A stretch of DNA of 39,760 bases from positions 1 to 39,760 of the forward strand of contig JAFGAR010000007.1 of the NCBI GenBank assembly GCA_016933575.1. Direction: 5' to 3'. Numbering within the stretch: the first letter of the stretch is position 1; every line of letters begins with the position of its first letter. The translations under genes and the position numbers were made by a program. Below are positions 28,961 through 37,387 of this stretch, in pieces. The notes under the pieces were generated by a model. That model worked only from the letters and a program-made list of their open reading frames with translations. It was not told where the DNA came from and ran no database searches. This stretch comes from Candidatus Thorarchaeota archaeon (GTDB taxonomy: Archaea; Asgardarchaeota; Thorarchaeia; Thorarchaeales; Thorarchaeaceae).

Positions 28961-30031
28961 CTAGTAAATCGCTAAGGTAGTGACTTGACGCACCCACAGA
29001 GAACCATCATAATTATCTGCGATTAACCAAAGCCCATCGCTAGTTGATGTTAATAGCATATTGTAATCGTTCATTATAGCATCTAAATCCTCAAATCGGA
29101 CGGAATAACCGTCCCTGGCACTGACTGCTAGTCCGGATGCTTCAGGATTCGGGTTTGCTATCTGAAGAATTGTTAAGAGTAAGACACCGGTGTAGTTTGC
29201 AGGAGGTAAGTGAGTGTATGCTCCAATCAATTCTGCTTCAATTGTTACTTCAGATCCGGCAAAGTCTGATAGTCTGAAAGTGAATGGATTTTGAACAAGC
29301 CCCTTGACCTCGCATGCAAAGGGATCTGCAAACGCTTGAGCAACATTAGTAGTATAATAGACTGTACTCACAGTTAGAATTATGATGAATAGTACTGCAG
29401 GTACGTTTCGACGGAGTAGTGTCTTTGGATTTCTCATTGGGATTGTACTTCTTCGACTTTGGAAACCGGTTATTGAGCCTGCGTCATTAAGAAATTCTAA
29501 GGTTTCCCACGCAAAATAACCCGCAAAAATCACTCCTGAGCAAAATGCAAGAATAGTGATAACACCGATATATATGAACGGAGCACCTGTGAAGTATAGC
29601 ATTTGCAATACAATCACATTCGCGGAGGCAGACACCCCAGCACTCAACCACCATATTATGCGTGAATTATCTCCAAGATTTTTGATGGAGCCTGCGGCAA
29701 AGGCACCCACATCTACAACAATCCCTTGAGCTAGTGATACGAAGACTATAGCAATTCCATGGGTGCTTCCTGTAAACAATTCAACCATTCCTTTGAGTAA
29801 ACCACCAGCTGTACCAACTCCATGTCTAGGCACAATAGCTCGAATCAATACTAACCAGAAGACATGAAGTCCAGCCATGAACTGACCCGCACCAAAAGGA
29901 ACACCCAGTGCGAGATTCACAAGATTACCTAGGTACCCAACAAACGTACTCAAGGCGCCTCCTAATGAACCCAAGATTGCTATTGTCACAATGTCCCTCG
30001 TCGTAATCGATTGATTGGATTGTAAGGTCAT
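28961..30031 (-). CDS. ECF S-component (YkoE-like) fused via an extra TM to a molybdopterin-binding-like domain
   Basis: TTRDIVTIAIL...IVPRHG...ELFTGS.HG...QG S-component; C-terminal VKGLVQNP, YTGV.L..IL, A.DGY, L.LI, WVRQV. Confidence 0.8.
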   Translation of the reverse strand: MTLQSNQSITTRDIVTIAILGSLGGALSTFVGYLGNLVNLALGVPFGAGQFMAGLHVFWLVLIRAIVPRHGVGTAGGLLKGMVELFTGSTHGIAIVFVSLAQGIVVDVGAFAAGSIKNLGDNSRIIWWLSAGVSASANVIVLQMLYFTGAPFIYIGVITILAFCSGVIFAGYFAWETLEFLNDAGSITGFQSRRSTIPMRNPKTLLRRNVPAVLFIIILTVSTVYYTTNVAQAFADPFACEVKGLVQNPFTFRLSDFAGSEVTIEAELIGAYTHLPPANYTGVLLLTILQIANPNPEASGLAVSARDGYSVRFEDLDAIMNDYNMLLTSTSDGLWLIADNYDGSLWVRQVTTLAIY

Positions 30032-31290
30032 GTGGAGATCACCTCAAGATACGCTACAAATCGAACCCATCTGGACCCAGCAGAAACAATGGTTGTTAGT
30101 GAGGTTAGAGTTGCATCTTCATTGCTGTAAGCGCCATCAGGAGGGATCATCACTAATCTCATTCCATCAGCCCATTCAAGGATCCGAGTGGAGTTGTATT
30201 TATAGGCAAGAATCATATCTCCTTGAATTTCAGCCCATGTTTCGTTTGGATATACATTGGAATAGCAAAATTCCTGAGTGTACCCATCAAATGATTTGAC
30301 TAGCAAAGTATCATTGACTGCCATACTGCCAATCAGCTCAAGCAAATCGGAAATTAGAATTCCTTCATAGATACCTTGTCCTCTCCAATTTTCAAATTGA
30401 TTCTGAAAAGAAGAAAAGCCGCTAATTGGAATCATCTGAAGCAGGTCTTCCAGTGAAAGGGTCATATCTTCACCATTAGCTCGAATGACTACTGTATCAC
30501 GAGGAATTGAAGGAGGATCTATCAAGACTGGAACAATAGTAATTCCAGATTCGTTCAATGTGACATTAACAAAATGATAGATACCACCAGTGTCCTCATC
30601 AGCGTACAAGCTAGCTCCTGCCCCACCAGTCACAACATATCTTACTCCATTAATGGTGGAATCATTGAAGAAGTGTATATGACCAGCAAAGACAACATCA
30701 ACATCTTGTTCCTCAAACAGGGTCATGAGCCGTGATCCTGTTGTTGTATTGATTAGTGCATGATTCTCTTCAGGACGTGGATCGAAGGGTGGGATATGTG
30801 TGAAGACAAATTTATAGTCGGAATTGGATTGTGCTAGGTCTTCTTCAAGCCAAGTAAATTCAGGTTCAGATACATCTCCAGAAGAGGTATTGAATACTGC
30901 AAAGTGAGCTGTGCCAAGATTAAAGGAATATGTTGAACTTCCAAAATACTGTTCATACAATACTCCACCATTATTCTTTATGTCATGGTTGCCTATTGTG
31001 GTATACACAGGAGCACTACATTGATTGAATTCCGACATAATTGCTTGATATTGAGTATCTCCTCCAAAGGGGGTAAGGTCTCCACAATGAAACAAGAAAT
31101 CAGGCCTAAGTGAGTTGGCAATTGTAACTATTTGTTCGACACCACCTTGGTATCCTTGGGAATCGCCGAAAACATAGAAATTGAGTGGTGAATCATCCTC
31201 ATTTATTCCTAACAAGAAAAGTGCAGTAGTGGTACTAACCAGTATGATAATAATGACCGAAGATGCCAGTACAACCTTATGCTGTTCCAT
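30028..31290 (-). CDS. Membrane-anchored calcineurin-like metallophosphoesterase fused to a molybdopterin-binding-like domain
   Basis: N-terminal TM; GDSQ, GDL, GNHD, THIP, GHIH; C-terminal LSLEDL, YEGILISDLL, S.DGY, ILAY, RLV, WVRFV; many N-x-S/T sequons. Confidence 0.85.
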   Translation of the reverse strand: MEQHKVVLASSVIIIILVSTTTALFLLGINEDDSPLNFYVFGDSQGYQGGVEQIVTIANSLRPDFLFHCGDLTPFGGDTQYQAIMSEFNQCSAPVYTTIGNHDIKNNGGVLYEQYFGSSTYSFNLGTAHFAVFNTSSGDVSEPEFTWLEEDLAQSNSDYKFVFTHIPPFDPRPEENHALINTTTGSRLMTLFEEQDVDVVFAGHIHFFNDSTINGVRYVVTGGAGASLYADEDTGGIYHFVNVTLNESGITIVPVLIDPPSIPRDTVVIRANGEDMTLSLEDLLQMIPISGFSSFQNQFENWRGQGIYEGILISDLLELIGSMAVNDTLLVKSFDGYTQEFCYSNVYPNETWAEIQGDMILAYKYNSTRILEWADGMRLVMIPPDGAYSNEDATLTSLTTIVSAGSRWVRFVAYLEVIST

Positions 31291-31396
31291 GGTTTACAAG
31301 CTCGCTAATCATCACGATATGCATGATTGTATACTTCGGTTCTGTAATAAACCTCATTATGAATCTTGGGGAGCAACCATAATGGGACGTGAATAT

Positions 31397-32188
31397 TTAG
31401 TCTTCTAGCAGACCTTCATTTCTTATTCTTTCAGAGAGCTCGAAAATGTTCCTATCATTACGCCAGATTGATGTTTGCTTCAGACTATCAGCGATTGCTG
31501 TAGTGAACATCTTTTCTAGAACTGCGGTTCTTGTTTCGCCGATTAGTGAAAGATACGAATCAAAAAGACGCCATGAAAGTGTTCTTTTTCTTTGGTCAAA
31601 GATAGGATCTGTGTCAAGCAGACTGGCGCTGACACCGCCAATATCGAGTGTCCAATGGCCTACACGTGATTCCTCAAAATCAACACCATAGATACCATCC
31701 CCGTGACAGATAAAATTTCTCAGACGGGGATCTCCCTTGATTTGCTTGTGTATGGTATGATACTTGTAATACCATTTGGCAAGTGTATCAATGAGCTGAG
31801 GCTCAAAAGTATGATTGATTCTGTCAACAAGGATTTCACCAGAAATATGAGTCATCAGAATCACTCCATCTTGGGCTGCTAACACCTCTGGAACGGTCAG
31901 ACCTTGTTGGAAACTTGATTTCAAGAGAGTGAGCTCAGTATCATATTTGCCCGAAATGAATAACTTTGCCACTAGATTGATGTGTTTTGAGTCGTTACAC
32001 TTGATTATCAGATGAAGTACAAGATTCTTCTTACTTCTCAGACGAGAGACAGATTCGACTATTGTTCCTTCTCCGTATCTCTTTGAGAGAATCAAGGCGA
32101 GTGTATCAACTTTCTCTGGTTGTAATTGATTTCCGTCAAGTCCTACTGGAAGACCATCAAACCATCTCATCAAATCCATAGCATACAT
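31397..32188 (-). CDS. Protein-kinase-like fold enzyme (APH/RIO/Bud32-like)
   Basis: VAK..E, VPEV, KGDPRLRNF catalytic loop, GVDFE. Confidence 0.75.
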   Translation of the reverse strand: MYAMDLMRWFDGLPVGLDGNQLQPEKVDTLALILSKRYGEGTIVESVSRLRSKKNLVLHLIIKCNDSKHINLVAKLFISGKYDTELTLLKSSFQQGLTVPEVLAAQDGVILMTHISGEILVDRINHTFEPQLIDTLAKWYYKYHTIHKQIKGDPRLRNFICHGDGIYGVDFEESRVGHWTLDIGGVSASLLDTDPIFDQRKRTLSWRLFDSYLSLIGETRTAVLEKMFTTAIADSLKQTSIWRNDRNIFELSERIRNEGLLED

Positions 32189-32260
32189 CTTCTGTGTTAT
32201 GATTGCTATTAGCCTACCGACACGACCAATCAGGTTTTAACTTTTCAATCTAAGAGAATT

Positions 32261-32491
32261 ATGTGTTTGACCATGACTGGCAGAATATGTAATGTTGAGA
32301 GAAACAAGGAACGGTGCGGTTGCACATACCCTGGATGTCCAAGACAAGGCTACTGCTGTGATTGCCTTCAATATCATTGGAAAAATCGTGAGCTGCCAGG
32401 ATGCTTGTTTCCACCCGAGGCAGAAAGAACCTATGACCGGTCTCTTGAGAACTTTATTGAAGTGTGGAGCAAGAAACTGGGAAAGAAATAG
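32261..32491 (+). CDS. Small Cys-rich protein (DUF6485-like)
   Basis: C.CTY..CPR.G.CC.C..YH....ELP.C.F...AE.TYDRS. Confidence 0.8.
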   Translation: MCLTMTGRICNVERNKERCGCTYPGCPRQGYCCDCLQYHWKNRELPGCLFPPEAERTYDRSLENFIEVWSKKLGKK

Positions 32492-32500
32492 AGTTTCAGA

Positions 32501-32608
32501 TGGCGGGCGCGCCAGGATTCGAACCTGGGACCTCCAACTTCGAAGGCTGGCGCCTTATTTACCTCGCATAAAAGATATTTTCATGCAACCAGGCTAGACT
32601 ACGCGCCC
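32501..32608 (-). tRNA. tRNA-Arg(UCG) with 30-nt intron at 19/20 (32559-32588)
   Basis: Acceptor GGGCGCG/CGCGCCC+GCCA; CCAGC-CTTCGAA-GTTGG; BHB helix GCCT/AGGT; splicing restores A20. Confidence 0.93.
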
Positions 32609-32656
32609 CAGACTCGCTTGAATCATTTTCCTCTTAAGCACTTCTGTCTTGCAATA

Positions 32657-33580
32657 CTATAATCTATTATCATCCTCGATAACATTTCTAGCAGAATCAG
32701 AACTCGTCTTCAGAACCTTATGATTGAATCCTTTTTTCACATATATTTTCTCCAATGGATTGCTTTCAAGGTTGACTTCGTACATATCATCAATGAATTG
32801 TAAAGGGCGTAAGTCAATGGTTGTTAACTGATTGTTGCTGAGATCAAGACCATTGAGATATTTTAGATGTGCAAGTGGAGCTATATCAATGGAGTGTAGA
32901 GGCGTTCTATTGATGACAAGAGAATATAATCGGATACACTCTTGAAGTGGTGACAGGTCTATTGTTTGGTAGCTATTTTCTCCAATGTTCAGTGTCTTTA
33001 GATTGGTACATCCACTGAGAGGCGTTAGATCAAGAGTGTTGAGATTGTTGCGATTGATAGTCAAGATCTCAAGATGATTACACGATGAGAGAGGTTCGAG
33101 ATTTAGCTCTTGCAAATTGTTGAGAGAGAGAGAGAGTTGTTCCAAGTGTTGAAGATTGGACAAAGGTTCTAGATCAATTACTTCTAATTCACAACCTGTC
33201 ATCCTCAGGGTTTTGAGATTCTTGCATTTTTCTAATGGATACAAATCAATCAATCGTAGAGGGTTATAGGATAGTGAAAGCCTCTCAACGTTGCACTCTG
33301 AGCCAAGACTAAGAAGATTGATTGTTTCAAGTTGATTGTGCGCAAAATCTAGCCAAGAGAGCCTGTGACAAGATTGTAATGGTGAGAGGTCGACTGTTCT
33401 AAGATTATTCCTAGGTAGACTTAATTTTTCAAGGTTGACACAGGCTGACAAAGGAGAAAGATCTATTGACTCGATATTGGCTGAAGTAATAGTGATTTGT
33501 GTTGAATCACTGATGACCTCCTCTATGTACGAACCATCAGTCAACCTGCATCTGAGCCCGATTATCGCCAGAAGACTCAC
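32657..33580 (-). CDS. Leucine-rich repeat protein (~10-11 repeats)
   Basis: Repeats of L..L.L..N.L..IDL.PL..C. Confidence 0.92.
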   Translation of the reverse strand: MSLLAIIGLRCRLTDGSYIEEVISDSTQITITSANIESIDLSPLSACVNLEKLSLPRNNLRTVDLSPLQSCHRLSWLDFAHNQLETINLLSLGSECNVERLSLSYNPLRLIDLYPLEKCKNLKTLRMTGCELEVIDLEPLSNLQHLEQLSLSLNNLQELNLEPLSSCNHLEILTINRNNLNTLDLTPLSGCTNLKTLNIGENSYQTIDLSPLQECIRLYSLVINRTPLHSIDIAPLAHLKYLNGLDLSNNQLTTIDLRPLQFIDDMYEVNLESNPLEKIYVKKGFNHKVLKTSSDSARNVIEDDNRL

Positions 33581-33601
33581 ATCCTTTGGAAAGAGCTATA
33601 C

Positions 33602-34639
33602 TCATTTTGAAAAGAGCTTCAACATCTTCTCTTCTGTGGGATTCTTTACTATACCTCTATCGGTTATGATTGCATCAATCAGCTCCGGGGGTGTCATATC
33701 AAATGCGGGATTGTAGACTTTAGCATCTGGAACGGTTACATATTCTCCATTTATCATGCGAATCTCATTAGGGTCCCTCTCCTCGATGACAACATCTTCA
33801 GGATTAGTAGTCATATCTATCGTAGAAGTAGGAGCAACAGAATAGAAAGGAATCTTGTGGTACTTGGCTGCAATCGCCATTGTATAGGTTCCAATTTTGT
33901 TGATTACGTGACCTGTTCGGAGAATCCTATCTGCACCTACGACGCAACAGTCCACACGGCCCTCACGAAAGACCGTTCCAATCATTCCATCGGTTATCAG
34001 TGTAGTATCGATATCATCTTCCATGAACTCAAAGACAGTCAGGCGAGCGCCTTGTTGACGAGGCCTTGTTTCAGCTGAATAGACTTTGATGTTGCCATCG
34101 TATTTTTCATGGGCAACCCTCACAACTGCACCAACAGTACCAAGATGGACGGTCGCAAGAGAACCAGCATTGCAAATTGTCTGGATTGTGAAGCCGGGTT
34201 TGATGAACTCAAGGGCATTTTCACCCATACTGCGGCACATCCGAACATCTTCTTCTGCGATCTCTTTTGCTTCTTCAATGAGTTTTCCGATAATATCGGC
34301 AACATTTCCGGATGTGGTCCTAGCAACTTCAAGCATGCGTGAAGTCGCCCATGTTAGATTTACTGCTGTAGGTCGTGTATTCAGAGTTATTGCAGCATTT
34401 TCGAGATATTCGATAAGATCCGCTCTTGTCTTAGCTTTGCTCTCAATTGCAGCTAATGCAATCCCCATACCTGCAGCTGCTCCTATCGCAGGAGCACCAC
34501 GAATCTCCATTATCTTGATGGATTCTGCGATTCTCTCATGACTGCCTGTTATAATATGCTCCAAGGCCAAGGGAAGCTTGGTTTGATCGACAAGACGTAC
34601 TTGGGATGTATCATCAAGCCATTCAATTGTTCTAAACAT
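33602..34639 (-). CDS. mtnA: Methylthioribose-1-phosphate isomerase (eIF-2B-like family)
   Basis: DQTKLP, IRGAPAIG, TRPTAVNL, TICNAGSLA, ETRP..QGARLT, NKIGTY, NPAFD.TP. Confidence 0.9.
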   Translation of the reverse strand: MFRTIEWLDDTSQVRLVDQTKLPLALEHIITGSHERIAESIKIMEIRGAPAIGAAAGMGIALAAIESKAKTRADLIEYLENAAITLNTRPTAVNLTWATSRMLEVARTTSGNVADIIGKLIEEAKEIAEEDVRMCRSMGENALEFIKPGFTIQTICNAGSLATVHLGTVGAVVRVAHEKYDGNIKVYSAETRPRQQGARLTVFEFMEDDIDTTLITDGMIGTVFREGRVDCCVVGADRILRTGHVINKIGTYTMAIAAKYHKIPFYSVAPTSTIDMTTNPEDVVIEERDPNEIRMINGEYVTVPDAKVYNPAFDMTPPELIDAIITDRGIVKNPTEEKMLKLFSK

Positions 34640-35141
34640 CTTTCATACCTCGTATATGCTGTGTTAGAAGACGCTCTAGAGCAACTAGTATTTCTTCCGC
34701 GACTTCTTGAATTTCGGGGGTTAAACCCTCTCCAAACTGTATACTTTTTGGTTGAACTCCAAGTATTATTGTTTTACCACCAGTTTCTTGTTCTAGATAC
34801 ATCATCAAGAAGGATAATGGCATACTATGTGTACTGATATTGATACCCCCGACTCTATCCTTTGTGACTAGTTCAATATACCCAGGTGCTTTTTGCATAT
34901 CTGCGGCATCAATCAGTATCATTCGTTCTGCGCCAAACTCTGCTAAAGGTCTAGCAAATCCTTCTGGAACGGACCCAACGTTTTCAATCATTATATTGGG
35001 GTCTTTCACATTGAGTGAATTGACTATAAACGGACCTAGTCCATCATCAGTTCTGAGATCATTACCAATACCCAAGATAGCAATACGTTTTGCATCTGAG
35101 ATGAAAACCTTCAGAGCTTTTTCAAAATCCATATCAGTCAC
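34632..35141 (-). CDS. hycI: Hydrogenase maturation protease, HycI-type
   Basis: LGIGNDLRTDDGLG, VPE, IDAA, STHSMPL, GVQP, FGEGLT. Confidence 0.9.
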   Translation of the reverse strand: MTDMDFEKALKVFISDAKRIAILGIGNDLRTDDGLGPFIVNSLNVKDPNIMIENVGSVPEGFARPLAEFGAERMILIDAADMQKAPGYIELVTKDRVGGINISTHSMPLSFLMMYLEQETGGKTIILGVQPKSIQFGEGLTPEIQEVAEEILVALERLLTQHIRGMKDV

Positions 35142-35235
35142 AAATTCGAATCAAGATATTATCGCTTTAGTTCTTGTGGCATGACGAAGGGTTTTTCACA
35201 CTATCAGCAAAGCTACATCATTAGGCGATTACTAG

Positions 35236-35877
35236 TTGTCAGATGAGAACGATGATCCTTTAGAGCAGGAAGAATTCGATGATAATCAAGAGGATCTATT
35301 TGAAGAGGACACTTCAGAACCAGAAGAAGAACCATCATCAGTGATATATGAGAAAGGGAGAGGATATGCAGCTAGTAGTGATGCGGACAGATTATCGCAG
35401 CAGGGATTTTATGGTACTCGCATAGAAGGGAATAGACTCGAGTTAGAACCTGTGGAACTTCTTCATCTAATTGAGAGAAAGAGAGTCACAGTGACAACTC
35501 CTGTAGGTGATGAAGTCACCTCAGACTATATCATTAGTGACCTGATAGAAGAGGAGCCAGACCTCTGGGTTAGTTATCTAGTCTTTAGAGACCTCAGAAG
35601 TAGAGGATATGCTGTACGGAAAGGATTTGGAAGAGGTATTGGATTCCGGGTCTATGCAAGAGGTGACCGTCCTGGCACAGCAAATGCCAAGGAACTAGTT
35701 TATGTGCTCAAAGAGGGTATTCCAATATCTCTAAGTGACTTGGATTTAGTCACGCAGACAGCATCTAGTGCTCGAAAAAACCTAGTATTTGCCCTTGTTG
35801 ACCAAAATGGGGAAGTCAATTTCTACAAGGTTGCTCAATCAACCTTGCGAGACCTCAGTGGTGATGATAATGAATAA
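35236..35877 (+). CDS. endA: tRNA-splicing endonuclease subunit, probably structural (beta-type)
   Basis: LELEPVE.L.L, YLVFRDLRSRGY.V, FRVY, SARK.L.FA.VD..G.V.FY; catalytic His position appears to be Asn. Confidence 0.88.
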   Translation: MSDENDDPLEQEEFDDNQEDLFEEDTSEPEEEPSSVIYEKGRGYAASSDADRLSQQGFYGTRIEGNRLELEPVELLHLIERKRVTVTTPVGDEVTSDYIISDLIEEEPDLWVSYLVFRDLRSRGYAVRKGFGRGIGFRVYARGDRPGTANAKELVYVLKEGIPISLSDLDLVTQTASSARKNLVFALVDQNGEVNFYKVAQSTLRDLSGDDNE

Positions 35878-37144
35878 CAATAATGATTCTCCGTTTGATG
35901 ACGAAGAGATAGTCAATCTTGAAGCATTCTTTGATGAACATACGATGAGTGTTCATTTGGTAGAAAGAAATCCACCCAGGGCAAAAAGGGGAGCCCCAGG
36001 AAACTGGGAGTTAGTAGAACTCTCAGATCGGATTCTTACTTATGATGAATTAGATATCCTAGCTGAAGCAATTCTTGAATCAGCAGAACATGATAGTGAT
36101 TCTTTCATTGAAATAGAAGAAGAAGGAGCAGCTGTTGTTCAATTAAGAAATCTGAGAATAGCTATAGCAAGACGTCCTTTTGCTGATAAGATGGAAATAT
36201 CTGCTATTCGACCAATAGTAAAACTCAGTCTTAAGGACTACAATCTGAGCCCAAAATTAATGAAAAGACTCGAATCACGTGCCGAAGGAATACTTGTTTC
36301 AGGATCTCCGGGTTCAGGTAAGAGTACCTTCGCAGCAGCCTTAGCGGAATTTTATAGCAGCAAAGGAAATGTTGTCAAGACCTTGGAACAACCACGTGAT
36401 CTTCAAGTGGAAGAAGCAATTGTACAGTATTCTCCTCTTGATGGAAGTATGGAAAAAGCTGCAGATATCCTTCTTCTAGTGAGGCCTGATTTTGTAATTT
36501 ATGATGAGCTACGCAAAAACTCGGACTTCAGAGCATACTCGGATCTACGTTCAGCAGGTGTGGGAATGGTTGGTGTGGTACATGCAGGATCTGCAATCGA
36601 TGCACTCCAACGATTACTTCTTGGAGGAAGAGTTGAATTAGGACAAGTTCCAAGTACCGTTGATACCGTAGTGCAAATAGAAGACGGGAGAGTGTCCAAA
36701 GTGAATGCTCTATCGTTAAAGGTGAAACTTCCTACAGGAATGAGTAGCTCTCAGAGAGATCTTGCAAGACCTGTAGTAGAGGTTAGAGATTTTGAATTGG
36801 GAGTACTTGAGTATGAGATGTTCTCATTTGGTGGTGAAAAGGTTGTGGTCCCAGTTAGAGGTTCTGGAATACCAACATACACCGGAGAGAGAAGAACAGG
36901 TAGAGGTGCTCCGGGAGAGAGTGTTCCGGTTTCTTTGAGTTATAGTAAGAAGAAGGTAACAATCTTTGCAGGGCGCAAATATGCGAAACAGAGAATTGAG
37001 CTCTTTGCTGACGATCAATATCTCCTTACAACAGTAATAGGTGGAAATGGCGAAAGTTCTATTCGCGTAAAGACGCGGCAGGGAGGCGCTATTGTTGATG
37101 CAATGGAAGATGATGCCAAAATAACAGCAAAAATAGCTGAATAG
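35870..37144 (+). CDS. PINA/COG1855-type PilT-like ATPase lacking PIN and KH domains
   Basis: FFDEHTMSVHL, RAEGILVSGSPGSGKST, KTLEQPRDLQ, LLLVRPD..IYDE, GVGMVGVVH, DLARPVVEVRDF; ATG 35870 overlaps the endA stop. Confidence 0.85.
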   Translation: MNNNNDSPFDDEEIVNLEAFFDEHTMSVHLVERNPPRAKRGAPGNWELVELSDRILTYDELDILAEAILESAEHDSDSFIEIEEEGAAVVQLRNLRIAIARRPFADKMEISAIRPIVKLSLKDYNLSPKLMKRLESRAEGILVSGSPGSGKSTFAAALAEFYSSKGNVVKTLEQPRDLQVEEAIVQYSPLDGSMEKAADILLLVRPDFVIYDELRKNSDFRAYSDLRSAGVGMVGVVHAGSAIDALQRLLLGGRVELGQVPSTVDTVVQIEDGRVSKVNALSLKVKLPTGMSSSQRDLARPVVEVRDFELGVLEYEMFSFGGEKVVVPVRGSGIPTYTGERRTGRGAPGESVPVSLSYSKKKVTIFAGRKYAKQRIELFADDQYLLTTVIGGNGESSIRVKTRQGGAIVDAMEDDAKITAKIAE

Positions 37145-37153
37145 TTTGTTTCT

Positions 37154-37167
37154 GCAAAAACTTTAAC
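37154..37167 (+). promoter_or_regulatory. tRNA-Arg(CCU) promoter
   Basis: GCAAAAAC-TTTAAC ~30 nt upstream of the tRNA. Confidence 0.55.
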
Positions 37168-37194
37168 AACAGACTGACGTTCGAACAATTTCAA

Positions 37195-37325
37195 GGGCCC
37201 GTGGCCTAGCCTGGACATGCAAGCTCTATCTTGTACGAGGTCAATAGGGCACCAGCCTCCTATGATTGCATAATGCAGTTGGAGAGAGTTGGTAATCCCC
37301 GGTTCGAATCCGGGCGGGCCCGCCA
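37195..37325 (+). tRNA. tRNA-Arg(CCU) with two introns: 19/20 (37215-37243) and 37/38 (37263-37286)
   Basis: Acceptor GGGCCCG/CGGGCCC+GCCA; CCAGC/GTTGG anticodon stem; BHB helices GCCT/AGGT and CTCC/GGAG. Confidence 0.93.
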
Positions 37326-37387
37326 TGTTTTAGCATTTTCAAAGCAAAATATCCAAATTCAACAACTATTTCATAAAATTTGGAGAT

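Noticed and set aside
14400-32500. Integrated mobile element bounded by tRNAs
   Set aside because: No integrase, transposase, viral genes or duplicated tRNA 3' end seen
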